Below, piece by piece: positions 29,923 through 39,756 of a stretch of DNA of 64,000 nt. This DNA comes from Bdellovibrionota bacterium (GTDB lineage Bacteria; Bdellovibrionota_C; UBA2361; CAKMMH01). Position numbers and translations under genes: made by a program. How positions within the stretch are numbered: position 1 is the first letter of the stretch; each line of letters begins with the position of its first letter. The notes below the pieces were generated by a model that did no database searches, was not told the DNA's origin, and saw nothing but the letters and a program-made list of their open reading frames with translations. Location: contig JBMNLI010000012.1 of NCBI GenBank assembly GCA_050952645.1, positions 32,001 to 96,000 of the forward strand. Direction: 5' to 3'.

Positions 29923-30549
29923 ATGGCAAGATATACAGATGCAAAATGTAAATTATGTAGAAGAGAGGGCGAAAAGCTTTTTCTTAAAGGTGAGCGTTGT
30001 TATACGAATAAATGTTCGCTAGAAAGGAGAGATGGAGTTCCAGGGCAACATGGTAAAAGAAGACAATCTTTTTCAGAATATAAGCTTCAATTAAGAGCTA
30101 AGCAAAAGGTTCGTCGTATTTATGGTGTTTTAGAAAAACAATTTAGAAAATATTATAAAAAGGCTGCTAGTGCAAAGGGCGTAACGGGAACGGAAATGCT
30201 TATTTCATTAGAGCGTCGTTTAGATAATATAGTTTATAAGATGGGATTTGGCTTATCTAGGGCTCATGCTAGACAATTAGTAAGCCACGGTCTTATTTTA
30301 GTCAATGGAAAAAAAGTTAATATTCCATCGTATCAAGTTTCAGTTGGTGATACTGTTGAGGTTTTACCTAAAAGCAAATCAAATGCAGATATCCAGTCGG
30401 CAATGTCGTTTGCACAAAGTCGTGTAATTCCTGAGTGGCTATCTCTTGATAAAGATAATGTCAAAGGTGTTGTTAATGCTTTGCCAGTGCGTGAAAACTT
30501 ACCTTCAACTATAAACGAACAACTTATTGTTGAATTGTATTCACGATAA
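29923..30549 (+). CDS. rpsD: 30S ribosomal protein S4
   Basis: MARYTDAKCKLCRREG, LERRLDNIVY, EQLIVELYSR. Confidence 0.98.
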   Translation: MARYTDAKCKLCRREGEKLFLKGERCYTNKCSLERRDGVPGQHGKRRQSFSEYKLQLRAKQKVRRIYGVLEKQFRKYYKKAASAKGVTGTEMLISLERRLDNIVYKMGFGLSRAHARQLVSHGLILVNGKKVNIPSYQVSVGDTVEVLPKSKSNADIQSAMSFAQSRVIPEWLSLDKDNVKGVVNALPVRENLPSTINEQLIVELYSR

Positions 30550-30586
30550 TTTTTTTAACTACTTAACTAAATAAAAGAGGGTGTTA

Positions 30587-31603
30587 ATGAAACGTATAAA
30601 TCTTATGGATTTGATTACTCCAAAAAGAGTAGAGGTTACTAATGAAATTGAGGATAAACAATTTGGAAAGTTTGTTGCAGAGCCATTAGAAAGAGGCTTT
30701 GGCATAACACTTGGCAACGCTTTAAGGCGTGTTATGCTATCAACCTTAGAGGGAGCTGCGATAACTTCCGTAAAAATTGATGGCATAAGCCATGAATTTT
30801 CGACGATCCAAGGCGTAGTCGAAGATGTTACCGACATTGTCCTAAATTTAAAAGAAGTTGTTTTGACCATAGATGGAAAAAACGAGGCTCAACTTTCGTT
30901 AGACGTGCAGGGACCTTGTGATTTAGTAGCAGGAATGTTTACGGGCGATAGCGCTGTTACTATCATTAATCCAGAATTAAAGATAGCAACTTTAGGTGAA
31001 GGAGCTCGTGTTAAAATTGATATTTCAGTTAAAAAGGGGCGTGGTTATGTTCCTGCTGAGAATAACAAAATAGAAGGTGCCCCAGTTGATACGATTTTTA
31101 TCGATTCAATTTATTCACCTGTAAGAAAAGTTAATACTATAATAACTAATGCTCGTGTAGGTCAAAAAACAGACTATGATAAATTAACACTAGAGGTTTG
31201 GACCGATGGTAGCATCGACCCTAGATGTGCAGTAGCAGAGGCAGCTTATATACTAGTAGAACAGTTTAATCTTTTCGTTGGTGAGAATCTAATAGTTGAA
31301 GAAAAACCTGAGATAGTAGAAGCTCCTAAAGCTAAGTTCAATGAAAACTTATTTAAGAGAATCGATGAAATTGAGCTAAGTGTTAGAAGTGCAAACTGTT
31401 TAGAGAATGCAGATATTAAATATATCGGTGAGCTAGTAACTCGCACTGAGAGCGATATGCTTAGAACTAAGAATTTTGGTAGAAAATCTTTAAACGAGGT
31501 TAAAGAGATTCTTGCTGAAATGGGTTTAAAGTTAGATATGAAATTAGATGGATTTCCTACTAGAGAAGAGCTAAATAATATGAGAAATCCAGTAGGGAAA
31601 TAG
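30587..31603 (+). CDS. rpoA: RNA polymerase alpha subunit
   Basis: EPLERGFGITLGNALRRV, ARVGQKTDYDKL, LSVRSANCL, NFGRKSLNE. Confidence 0.98.
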   Translation: MKRINLMDLITPKRVEVTNEIEDKQFGKFVAEPLERGFGITLGNALRRVMLSTLEGAAITSVKIDGISHEFSTIQGVVEDVTDIVLNLKEVVLTIDGKNEAQLSLDVQGPCDLVAGMFTGDSAVTIINPELKIATLGEGARVKIDISVKKGRGYVPAENNKIEGAPVDTIFIDSIYSPVRKVNTIITNARVGQKTDYDKLTLEVWTDGSIDPRCAVAEAAYILVEQFNLFVGENLIVEEKPEIVEAPKAKFNENLFKRIDEIELSVRSANCLENADIKYIGELVTRTESDMLRTKNFGRKSLNEVKEILAEMGLKLDMKLDGFPTREELNNMRNPVGK

Positions 31604-31744
31604 TAATATAATAATTTAAAAGATATATATATATTTAAGTGTCTTAAAAAGTTTTTTGCGTTTTATAAACTTGACTTAAGAGCTTACTTTTATAATATTT
31701 TTGTGATATTTTTTTTGATATTTTGTGATGTAGGAAAAGTTAAA

Positions 31745-32095
31745 ATGAGGCATTTAAAAGCAAGAAGAAAATTTAATAGAACCCCAGCTCATAGAAGAGC
31801 GTTATTTAGAAATTTAGCAACGGCGTTATTAAAGCATGGTAGAATTGAAACTACTGTGGAAAAAGCTAAAGATCTTCGTGGCGTAGTTGAGCGTCTTATA
31901 ACTATGGCGAAAGTAGATAATTTACATAATAAAAGACAGGCTTTTAGTTATTTAGAAGAGAAAGAAATAGTAAGAAAGCTTTTCGATGAGATAGCTCCAA
32001 AGTATCAATCTCGCCCTGGGGGTTATACACGTGTGATAAAAACTCGCACTAGGGCTGGCGACGCTGCTGAGCTTGCGTTTATAGAGTTAGTGTAA
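31745..32095 (+). CDS. rplQ: 50S ribosomal protein L17
   Basis: MRHLKARRKFNRTPAHRRALFRNLA, RPGGYTR. Confidence 0.97.
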   Translation: MRHLKARRKFNRTPAHRRALFRNLATALLKHGRIETTVEKAKDLRGVVERLITMAKVDNLHNKRQAFSYLEEKEIVRKLFDEIAPKYQSRPGGYTRVIKTRTRAGDAAELAFIELV

Positions 32096-32179
32096 AATTT
32101 TAAGATATTAATATTATATTGACAATTTGTAATATAAGCTAAACTTTGACTATCCATAATCTTTAAGGATTAAGTAGGT

Positions 32180-32494
32180 TTGATGTTAGAAGATTTATTT
32201 AAATTACTTGCAGATGCTAAGAAAGAGAGTGATGTCGATAAAAAGATATCGCTATTTGAAGAGTATTCTGATAAGTTAAAAACTTTTTTAAAGCAACCTA
32301 AAATCCAAGAAAAGTATTCAAAAAAAGATTTAGAAACATTAAATACGATGCATGATGAAGTTTTAAAAGAAACTGAAAGAATTTTTTCATCGTTTAAAGA
32401 TGATATAAAAGATTTTCAAAAAAAAAATAAAGGGATAAAGGCGTATATGAATATGCCTAAAAATGTAGCTATAACTAATTATAAAAAAGGATAA
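32180..32494 (+). CDS. Small helical hypothetical protein (weakly FliT-like)
   Basis: All-helical, ends KNKGIKAY; the FliT resemblance is only an impression. Confidence 0.5.
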   Translation: MMLEDLFKLLADAKKESDVDKKISLFEEYSDKLKTFLKQPKIQEKYSKKDLETLNTMHDEVLKETERIFSSFKDDIKDFQKKNKGIKAYMNMPKNVAITNYKKG

Positions 32495-32497
32495 ATT

Positions 32498-33088
32498 ATG
32501 GGAGGGATATTACGTATATTATTACCGTTATTAATTTTCATAACTGGTTGTGGTTACACTTTTATAGGTAGTGGCTCGTCGCTTCCTGCAGACGTGCGTT
32601 CGGTGTATATTCCCTTTGTTACTAATTTAAGTTCAGATACGTATATAACATCTTTATTAACTGAGGCTTTAAGAGAAGAGTTTGAAAAATATGGTGCTCT
32701 TAAAGTAGTAGATTCGACTGAAAACTACGATGCGGTGTTAAACGTTACTATACTTTCAGTAGGTGATGGCTCTAGAACCGTGACTGCAAATACCGAAACG
32801 GAGCTTCAAAGCGATTTAACTTTAACGCTTCAAGCAGAGCTTTTAAGGCGTGATGGTACTGTTCTTTGGGCAAATCCTAATTTGTCGCAATCTCGCTCTT
32901 ATGCTTCAGATTTAAGCACTGTGCTTACTGGGTCTGCTAATTTTGCTCAAAGTGGTATGAGTGCTGGAGACTTAAGAAATTTAGGGGGTAATGAGATTTC
33001 TCGTTCTCAGCAAAGAATTACTATGGAAAATCTTATAGCTGAAACCTCAAAAAGAATGTACATGCAAGCAGTAGCTCCTAGTTTTTAG
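32498..33088 (+). CDS. lptE: LPS assembly lipoprotein LptE-like
   Basis: Lipobox ITGC-GY, SLP..VRSVYIPFVTN, LTEALREEF. Confidence 0.75.
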   Translation: MGGILRILLPLLIFITGCGYTFIGSGSSLPADVRSVYIPFVTNLSSDTYITSLLTEALREEFEKYGALKVVDSTENYDAVLNVTILSVGDGSRTVTANTETELQSDLTLTLQAELLRRDGTVLWANPNLSQSRSYASDLSTVLTGSANFAQSGMSAGDLRNLGGNEISRSQQRITMENLIAETSKRMYMQAVAPSF

Positions 33089-33126
33089 TAAGATATATTT
33101 TTAGTAAGATGTGTTTTTAGTAAAGA

Positions 33127-33876
33127 ATGAGTAAGAAAGCAAAAAATGGATATTTATTACTAGATATTTTACTTAAAAAAAATCTTGCAGATTCTCGTTT
33201 AAAAGCTAAGGCGTTGATAAGTGCCTCAAAGGTTTATGTAAATGGAGAAGTGGTAAACGATGTTTCGGCCGTGTTTGATAGTGATGATTTAGATATTCAA
33301 ATTTTTCAAAAATTATTCGTAAGCCGAGCTGGCTATAAATTAAAAAAAGCGTTAGATGAGTTTAAGATAGATTTAAAAGGCAAGGTATGCATAGATGCTG
33401 GCTCTTCTACGGGTGGATTTACAGATTGTATGCTTTTGTATGGTGCTAGTAAAGTTTATGCGGTAGATAGCGCCTATAATGAGCTAGCTTGGAAGCTAAG
33501 AAGTGATAAAAGAGTAGTAGTAAAAGAAAGAACTAGGATTTCCGATTTAGTAATAGATGAAAAAGTCGATTTTATATCCGTTGATTTATCGTTAATTTCT
33601 ATTAAAAAAGTTTTGCTCGATATTAAGAAACATCTTAAAAAAGATGCTCAAATGGTTATCTTAATAAAGCCACAATATGAAATTGAAAAAGACAAACTAC
33701 CTAGCGGTGGAGTTATAAAAGATAGTGATACGCATTTTAAAATTTTAAATGATCTAATAGATTATTTTAAAGCAAATGGTCTTATAGTTTTAGGTAAAGT
33801 AGTTTCCCCAATAAAGGGAGCGCTTGGTAATACTGAATTTTTAGTCCACGTAGAAAATAATATTCTTGCAAAATAA
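33127..33876 (+). CDS. tlyA: TlyA rRNA methyltransferase
   Basis: S4 domain, FVSRAGYKL, DAGSSTGGFTD, LIKPQYE, SPIKG..GNTEFL. Confidence 0.93.
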   Translation: MSKKAKNGYLLLDILLKKNLADSRLKAKALISASKVYVNGEVVNDVSAVFDSDDLDIQIFQKLFVSRAGYKLKKALDEFKIDLKGKVCIDAGSSTGGFTDCMLLYGASKVYAVDSAYNELAWKLRSDKRVVVKERTRISDLVIDEKVDFISVDLSLISIKKVLLDIKKHLKKDAQMVILIKPQYEIEKDKLPSGGVIKDSDTHFKILNDLIDYFKANGLIVLGKVVSPIKGALGNTEFLVHVENNILAK

Positions 33877-34004
33877 ATACAAGAATAAATTCTTTTTAAT
33901 AAAAAATATTTTTTCAATTCTTTCTTATAATATTTCTTATAATATTCCTTATAATATCTTGAAAAATAATAGTTTTTTTTATTGAAAATTTTTAATAAAA
34001 CTAT

Positions 34005-34031
34005 TAAGTTTTTTTTCGTATTTATCGATAC
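34005..34031 (+). promoter_or_regulatory. Putative sigma28 promoter
   Basis: TAAG-N15-ATCGATAC; predicted start ~34038 matches the 5' end of the closing helix. Confidence 0.5.
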
Positions 34032-34037
34032 ATAATT

Positions 34038-34480
34038 TACAGGGTGGATGTTAGGTTATGTTTAGAACGGTTAGTAAGTTTAGGTGAGTGTAATCCTAGA
34101 AAAAGCTTATAGTTCTAAAATGTCAGAGTGTTAATACATTCTATTGTTTGGTTATGGGTACTCTAAACAAGACTCGTAGCGAATAGAAAAAAAGTTTAAT
34201 GCTTTGAAGCCTTGCGATTTATTTATGCAGCGGTTAAGGAGCATTTACTTGGTGTGGTAAGTGTCCATGCTTTTAGTAGAGTTTCTTTTACGTTATATAA
34301 AGATATTATATAAAGATATTATATAAAGATAATGTCGGCAAGGTCGTGGCTTAAAATATAAAAATATTTTTTTTAGGTTTTTAAAAAGGTTAAAATCTTT
34401 TTTTAAATTTAGAGTAACATTCATGTTATTTAAATGTGTAATAACGAAAGTTATATGCGTTTTTAACATAAAATCCTGTA
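34038..34480 (+). ncRNA. Candidate large structured non-coding RNA
   Basis: Ends pair (tacagggt/atcctgta; atgttagg/tttaacat); several internal helices with G-U pairs; GAAA tetraloop hairpin at 34432-34462; no ORF of 60 aa or more. Confidence 0.65.
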
Positions 34481-34490
34481 TTTGCGAGTG

Positions 34491-34550
34491 GGGGCAGCAG
34501 GCTATTTTTTAAAAAGAAAAATACTTGTTGCCCTTTTTTTATTTATCTCC
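34491..34550 (+). terminator. Intrinsic terminator
   Basis: ggggcagcagg...cttgttgccc + T7. Confidence 0.75.
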
Positions 34551-34852
34551 ATTTCCAAATAAGCTATGTAAAGCTTTATGCAAAAAATCAAAACAACTTT
34601 AAGGTAGATAATCTTAAAATTCCTTAAGTATCTCTCTTTACTTTTACTAAAAGAAAATGTAAAAATTAAGGTTAAGTTTTTAAAAAAATATCAAAATATT
34701 TTTGTTAAAGTTTGGATTTATTGCAAAGATAGTGTATACTAACTAAATGCGCTGAGCGTAAGTTTGTATACATTTTTTATGTGTATGTTTATTTAGGCAT
34801 CATACATACATACATACATACATATATTTATTTTTATTGGAGTAATTTTAAA

Positions 34853-35539
34853 GTGTCTGATTTTGTTATACAATTAAAAGATAGATCTCAGTTTGGTTCT
34901 TCAAATGCTAATCGTTATAGGAGAGAAGATTTAATACCAGTTTGTGTTTCTTTTAAAGGTGAAGAAAGTGCTTTAGCAGTGGTTGCTTATAATGAGTTTT
35001 TTCATATGGCAGAGAGAGCAAAGACTTCTCAAGTTTTTACTTTTAAGAGTGATAATAAGAGATTAAATGGCGTTAAAGCGATAGTTAAAAATATACAAAA
35101 AGAATATTTAAAAGATAAAGTTCTTCACGTCGATTTTCAAGCTTTAAAGCCAGGGGAGCACGTTACGGTAAAAGTTCCTTTACAAATCGTTGGAGTAGCA
35201 CAAGGAGTAAAAGTCCAAGGTGGAATTTTAACCCCAGGGGCTAGAGAGGTAAAGCTACGTGTTTTAGATGAAGCTATCCCAGAAATTTTAGATGTTGATG
35301 TAAGCGCTCTTCGTATAGGCGAGACTATATTAGCAAGCGATCTTAAGCTACCAGAAGGGGCAACGCTACTTAGTAGCCCAAGAGAGGCATTAGCAGGCGT
35401 AATCGAAAGCCGTGCTAGTAGACTTGCTGAAATAGCAGCTTCAACGGCTGCTAAGGGGCAGAAAGCTACGACAAAGGATAAAGCGGCAACTGCACCAGCA
35501 GCAGCAGCAACTAAGCCTGCAACGAAGAAAGATAAATAA
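34853..35539 (+). CDS. rplY: 50S ribosomal protein L25/CTC
   Basis: GTG after GGAG; LHVDFQ, VKVPL..VG...GVK.QGG, IPE.L.VDVS.L.IG. Confidence 0.92.
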   Translation: MSDFVIQLKDRSQFGSSNANRYRREDLIPVCVSFKGEESALAVVAYNEFFHMAERAKTSQVFTFKSDNKRLNGVKAIVKNIQKEYLKDKVLHVDFQALKPGEHVTVKVPLQIVGVAQGVKVQGGILTPGAREVKLRVLDEAIPEILDVDVSALRIGETILASDLKLPEGATLLSSPREALAGVIESRASRLAEIAASTAAKGQKATTKDKAATAPAAAATKPATKKDK

Positions 35540-35542
35540 AAA

Positions 35543-36181
35543 ATGTTAAATCCTTTCGTAATAGTTGGTTTAGGAAATGTCGGTGCAAAGTATGATTTTA
35601 CGAGACACAACGCAGGTTTTTTTATTTTAGATTACCTTATGCCTTTGTTTAACGTTGTAAGTAGCTCTGAAAAGTTTAATGGAGATTTGCAAACCGTTTC
35701 CTTTTTGTTAGAAAGTGATAATTTGCTAGAAAGTGATAATTTAAAAGGATATTTACTAAAGCCTAAAACGTTTATGAATCTTAGTGGTGAATGTGTAAGG
35801 CCGTTTTTAGATTATTATAAGATCTCAGTTTCTAATTTGCTCGTTATTCATGATGATATAGACTTGAAATTAGGCTCTATGAAATTTAAATGCGGTGGGG
35901 GAGATGCTGGTCATAACGGTTTAAGGTCGATTACGAGCCATTTAAACACTAATAATTATTATAGATTGAGAGTAGGTGTTGGAAGAAAGGAAGATGCAAA
36001 AGGGGAAGCACAAGTGGCTGTAAAAGGAGATGTAAAAGATTGGGTTTTAGGAAAGTTTAATAGTAGTGAAAGAGAAAAACTTAAAAATGTAGCTAGTAAA
36101 GTTAAGGAGTATTTACCTTTGTTTTTAGCTGGAGATTTTCAAAGATTTCAAGAAAAAATAAACGGTATTAAGGAAGTTTAA
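35543..36181 (+). CDS. pth: Peptidyl-tRNA hydrolase
   Basis: IVGLGN, TRHNAGF, KPKTFMNLSG, HDDID, GHNGLRS. Confidence 0.96.
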   Translation: MLNPFVIVGLGNVGAKYDFTRHNAGFFILDYLMPLFNVVSSSEKFNGDLQTVSFLLESDNLLESDNLKGYLLKPKTFMNLSGECVRPFLDYYKISVSNLLVIHDDIDLKLGSMKFKCGGGDAGHNGLRSITSHLNTNNYYRLRVGVGRKEDAKGEAQVAVKGDVKDWVLGKFNSSEREKLKNVASKVKEYLPLFLAGDFQRFQEKINGIKEV

Positions 36182-36374
36182 GGCAAAGAAAGAAAGACAA
36201 AGTTAAAACGAGTAAAAAAAATAAGATAAATAAAACTAGACCAAGATTTAAGTTAAGTTTATTTAAAATTTTTTACATTGGTAGTCTTGAAATTTTTTGC
36301 TAATATATATAGCATTATGCTTGTATGTATTTTATTTGTATGTATTTTAATTTAATAAATTAGGTAAATAGATT

Positions 36375-36779
36375 ATGAGAAAGTATGAGACGATAGTTAT
36401 TTTTAGCCCTGAGTTAAATAAAAGTCAATTGACTGCACAAATTTCTAAAGTAAAGGAAGTTTTATCGAATGAGAGTGTTGCAGATGTTTTTGTTGAAGAG
36501 TGGGGAAAGAGAAAGATCGCTTACAAATTAAATAAACAAACCTCTGGGCATTACGTTTGTTTTTATTATGAAACTAACAATAGAAAAGCGGTAGATGAGT
36601 TAAATTATAATTTACGAATAAATGATGTAGTTTTAAAGTTTCAAACTCACTTTGTTAGTGATAAGCCTGAAAAATATAGAGGCAATATGGTATTTGTAGA
36701 TTTAGCTAAAACTAATGAAATGATTGCTCCTGATATAGATGATGATTTAAGTATGGCTGATGCTGATTTTAATGATTAA
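36375..36779 (+). CDS. rpsF: 30S ribosomal protein S6
   Basis: MRKYETIVIF.P, EEWGKRKIAYKL. Confidence 0.93.
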   Translation: MRKYETIVIFSPELNKSQLTAQISKVKEVLSNESVADVFVEEWGKRKIAYKLNKQTSGHYVCFYYETNNRKAVDELNYNLRINDVVLKFQTHFVSDKPEKYRGNMVFVDLAKTNEMIAPDIDDDLSMADADFND

Positions 36780-36946
36780 TAGTTAATAGCTAATATAATG
36801 TTTCTTTATTTAAAGTTAAAATTTAAGCTTTAAAAATTATTTATTCTAATAAAGCGATAAAGAAAAAACGATAAGAAAAAAAGATAAAGAAAAAGATTTT
36901 TTTGACTAATTTAAATAACTAATTAAATAAATGGAGTTAGATAGAA

Positions 36947-37546
36947 ATGGAAATTATATTAAAGGAAGATTTTCCACAGCTTGGTTTTGTAGGTGATACA
37001 GTAAAAGTAAAATCAGGATATGCTAGGAATTTTTTAATCCCTCGTGGTTTAGCAGTCGTTGCTAATTCAGCACAAGCAAACGTAATTAAGCATGAAATGC
37101 AAGCGATAAATGCTAAGAAAGCTAGATTGAAAGAACTCGCTGAAGAAAAGAAAGGAAAGATTGGAGAGTTGTCATTAGAGTATAAATTAAAAGCAGGCGA
37201 AGATGGAAAAGTTTTTGGTTCTATCACTTCTCAAAATATCGAAGAATCGATGAAAAAAGAGGGCGTTCAAGTCGAAAGAAAGCAAATTAAACTTTCTGAG
37301 CCTTTAAAAGATGGTGGAGAGTTTGAGATTCCTGTTAAACTTCACGCAGATGTAGTAGCAAATTTAAAAGTGCTAGTAGAAATCGAGAAGTACCAAAGAC
37401 CTACAAGAAAAAAAGTTGATAAAAAAGCTAGACATCAAAAGCAAGATAAGAAAGTAGCTAGCAAAGAAAAGGTAGCTTCTATGGTGCAATCAGAAGTAGC
37501 TTTAGAAACGATTGATAAAACGGATAGTGTGGCTACTGATGAGTAA
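36947..37546 (+). CDS. rplI: 50S ribosomal protein L9
   Basis: LG..GD.VKVKSGYARNFLIPRG, GKVFGSIT. Confidence 0.96.
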   Translation: MEIILKEDFPQLGFVGDTVKVKSGYARNFLIPRGLAVVANSAQANVIKHEMQAINAKKARLKELAEEKKGKIGELSLEYKLKAGEDGKVFGSITSQNIEESMKKEGVQVERKQIKLSEPLKDGGEFEIPVKLHADVVANLKVLVEIEKYQRPTRKKVDKKARHQKQDKKVASKEKVASMVQSEVALETIDKTDSVATDE

Positions 37547-37579
37547 TGCCTATTTTAGCTTGAATGCTAGTTAATTTTA

Positions 37580-37614
37580 AAGGCAAAGTTTTTTACCGAT
37601 AACTTTGCCTTTTT
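37580..37614 (+). terminator. Intrinsic terminator
   Basis: aaggcaaagtt...aactttgcctt + T run. Confidence 0.75.
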
Positions 37615-37712
37615 AATTATTAAGTTTTAATTATTGAGTTTTAATTATTGAGTTTAAACTGTTGAGTAGTTTTTTAATTAGAGAAAACTTAAATTAGAGA
37701 AAAAATAAAAAT

Positions 37713-38532
37713 ATGCAAAATGTAAAAAAAATACTTACTCCGTTTTTGTTTTTCTTAACCTTTATTTTACCTGTAATAATTTTATACGTTTTTTTATAAG
37801 TTTTATTACAGCTCATCAAAAGAAATCTTTGTAAAGGAAAATAAATTTGTTAAATGTTCGTTTTCTGCAAAGCCAGGGCATAGTTTTAAAATAGAAGATA
37901 ATAATTTGTTAAACCCAGAAGAGGGAAAAGATTTTATATTAACTAGTTGGTTTAAATTTAGAAAGCTTCCTAAAGATGGCGAAAGAGCGGTGCTAATAAC
38001 TAAATACGATGCAAAGACCGCTTATAAACAAGGCTACGCTTTAGCAGTAGAAAAACAAGCTTCTACTGGTTATAGAGGAAGTTTGTTTTGGCAAGATATT
38101 CATAATAATGGCAGGTGGTATACTTACGGTGAGATCCCTCTAGTAACTGGCAAATGGTTTATGTTCACAGCTAGTTATACCTCAAACAAATATCTTGCAC
38201 TTTATTATACCCACGAATTAAATGGTGAAATAATAACTGAGCTTATAGGGGCTTACAAAGTATCTGCAACGCCAGCTAGTAAAAGTGATTTTAAAGTGGG
38301 TTCTCTACTATCACGAGTATTCGATGGAAGAGTTGGCACTGTTTCAATTATAAAACCTGCGAATGTAGATAAAAATTTAGAAAATATAATAAAAGCTAAT
38401 TTTACTAAACCTAGAAAATTTTCAAAATTATACAAAAAAGAAGACGTAGCCTTATGGACAGTAGGAGCAGGGGAAGATTTAGGAAAAAATAATTTAAAAA
38501 TAATTAAAGTAGGAAAACCTAAAAAGAAATAA
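37713..38532 (+). CDS. Membrane-anchored LamG/concanavalin-like protein; N-terminus frameshifted in a T run near 37790
   Basis: ATG 37713 with TM segment; DFILTSWFKF, LITKYD, GKWFMFTASY, FKVG...FDG. Confidence 0.55.
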
Positions 38533-38570
38533 ACAAATATCAAAATAATAAAAAAATAAGTTAAAGAAAA

Positions 38571-39754
38571 ATGTTTTACAAAAATTACACTTCCGATATT
38601 TTAGAAGATATTAAAAACAAAAACAAAGAGAAAGACAAAAACAAAAGCGAAGAGGAAAATAAAGAGAAAATCAAAGAGAAAAATGGCTCACTTTCTCTAT
38701 CGCTGAGTGCAGGTAAATTTAAAATCTTTTTACCTAAATCTTTTGGTTTTTGTTTTGGTGTTAGAAACGCTTTGAAGATAGTTTCAGATGTAGTTTCTAA
38801 AAATAAAGGGAAAAACATATATTTACTAAGTGAGATTATTCATAATGAAAAATGTAAATAGCGACCTAATTAAAGGCGGAGTGAATTTTATTTTCGGGCG
38901 TAATGGCGAGCAACGAATTCCCTTTGATAAGCTAAAAAAAAGATGATATATGCATTATTCCAGCTTTTGGTGCGACTAGAGAAATTAAGGATATTTTAAA
39001 TCAAAAGTTTGAAAAAAATAATATATACGATACTTGTTGTCCGTTCGTTAAAAAAGTTTTAGAAGCGGCAAAAAATATAGGAAAGAGTGGAGGCACAATT
39101 GTTATTCACGGAAAATATAATCACGAAGAAACTAGAGCTGCATTTTCTTTCGCTAGACAATATGGAGAGGTCATCGTTATAAAAGATATTTTAGAGGCTA
39201 CTTTTTTAGCAGACTGTATAAAGGGCAAATTTTCAAAAAAAGATTTCTATAATAAATTTAAAGACGTTATAACTAAAGATTTTGATTTTGAAAAACATTT
39301 AAAAAAAATGGGGATAGTTAATCAAACTACGATGCTTGCTAATGATACGGTTTTAATTACAAACATTATAAAAGATGCATTAAGTAAGGTTAAAGGAGAG
39401 TTTGTCGATGTGGGTTTTACGCTCTGTTATGCTACTACTAAAAATCAAAAAGCCGTTAAAGCATTAGTAAAAGAAAAACTAGATATAGTGTTAGTAGTCG
39501 GGGGTTTTAACTCGTCTAATACTACTAATTTATATAAAATAGCAAAGCAAAATTTTGAGAGGACTTATTTTATAAAAGATGAGAAAAGCATAATATCCGA
39601 TACTAAGATCGTATGCTTCGATGTGGAAAATAAAAAAGAGAACATTAAAGAAAATTATTTAAGCTCAGTTAAAAACATTGGCATTATCGCAGGGGCTAGT
39701 TGTCCAGATATATTGATAGAGAATGTAATAAAAAAATTAGCATCGTTTTCTTAA
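38571..39754 (+). CDS. ispH: 4-hydroxy-3-methylbut-2-enyl diphosphate reductase, with two extra As in A runs (~38850, ~38940)
   Basis: GFCFGV, IIHN, PAFG, TCCPFVKKV, HGKYNHEET, NQTT, LCYAT..NQ, VGGFNSSNT, AGASCP all in order after correction. Confidence 0.9.
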
Positions 39755-39756
39755 GT

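Noticed and set aside
34038..34480. tmRNA, RNase P, SRP or group II intron identity for the structured region
   Set aside because: No tRNA-like GGGG...CCA ends, no GAGGAAAGUCC, no SRP GGAA/GCAGC loop; the GAAA hairpin lacks the domain V catalytic triad and there is no RT
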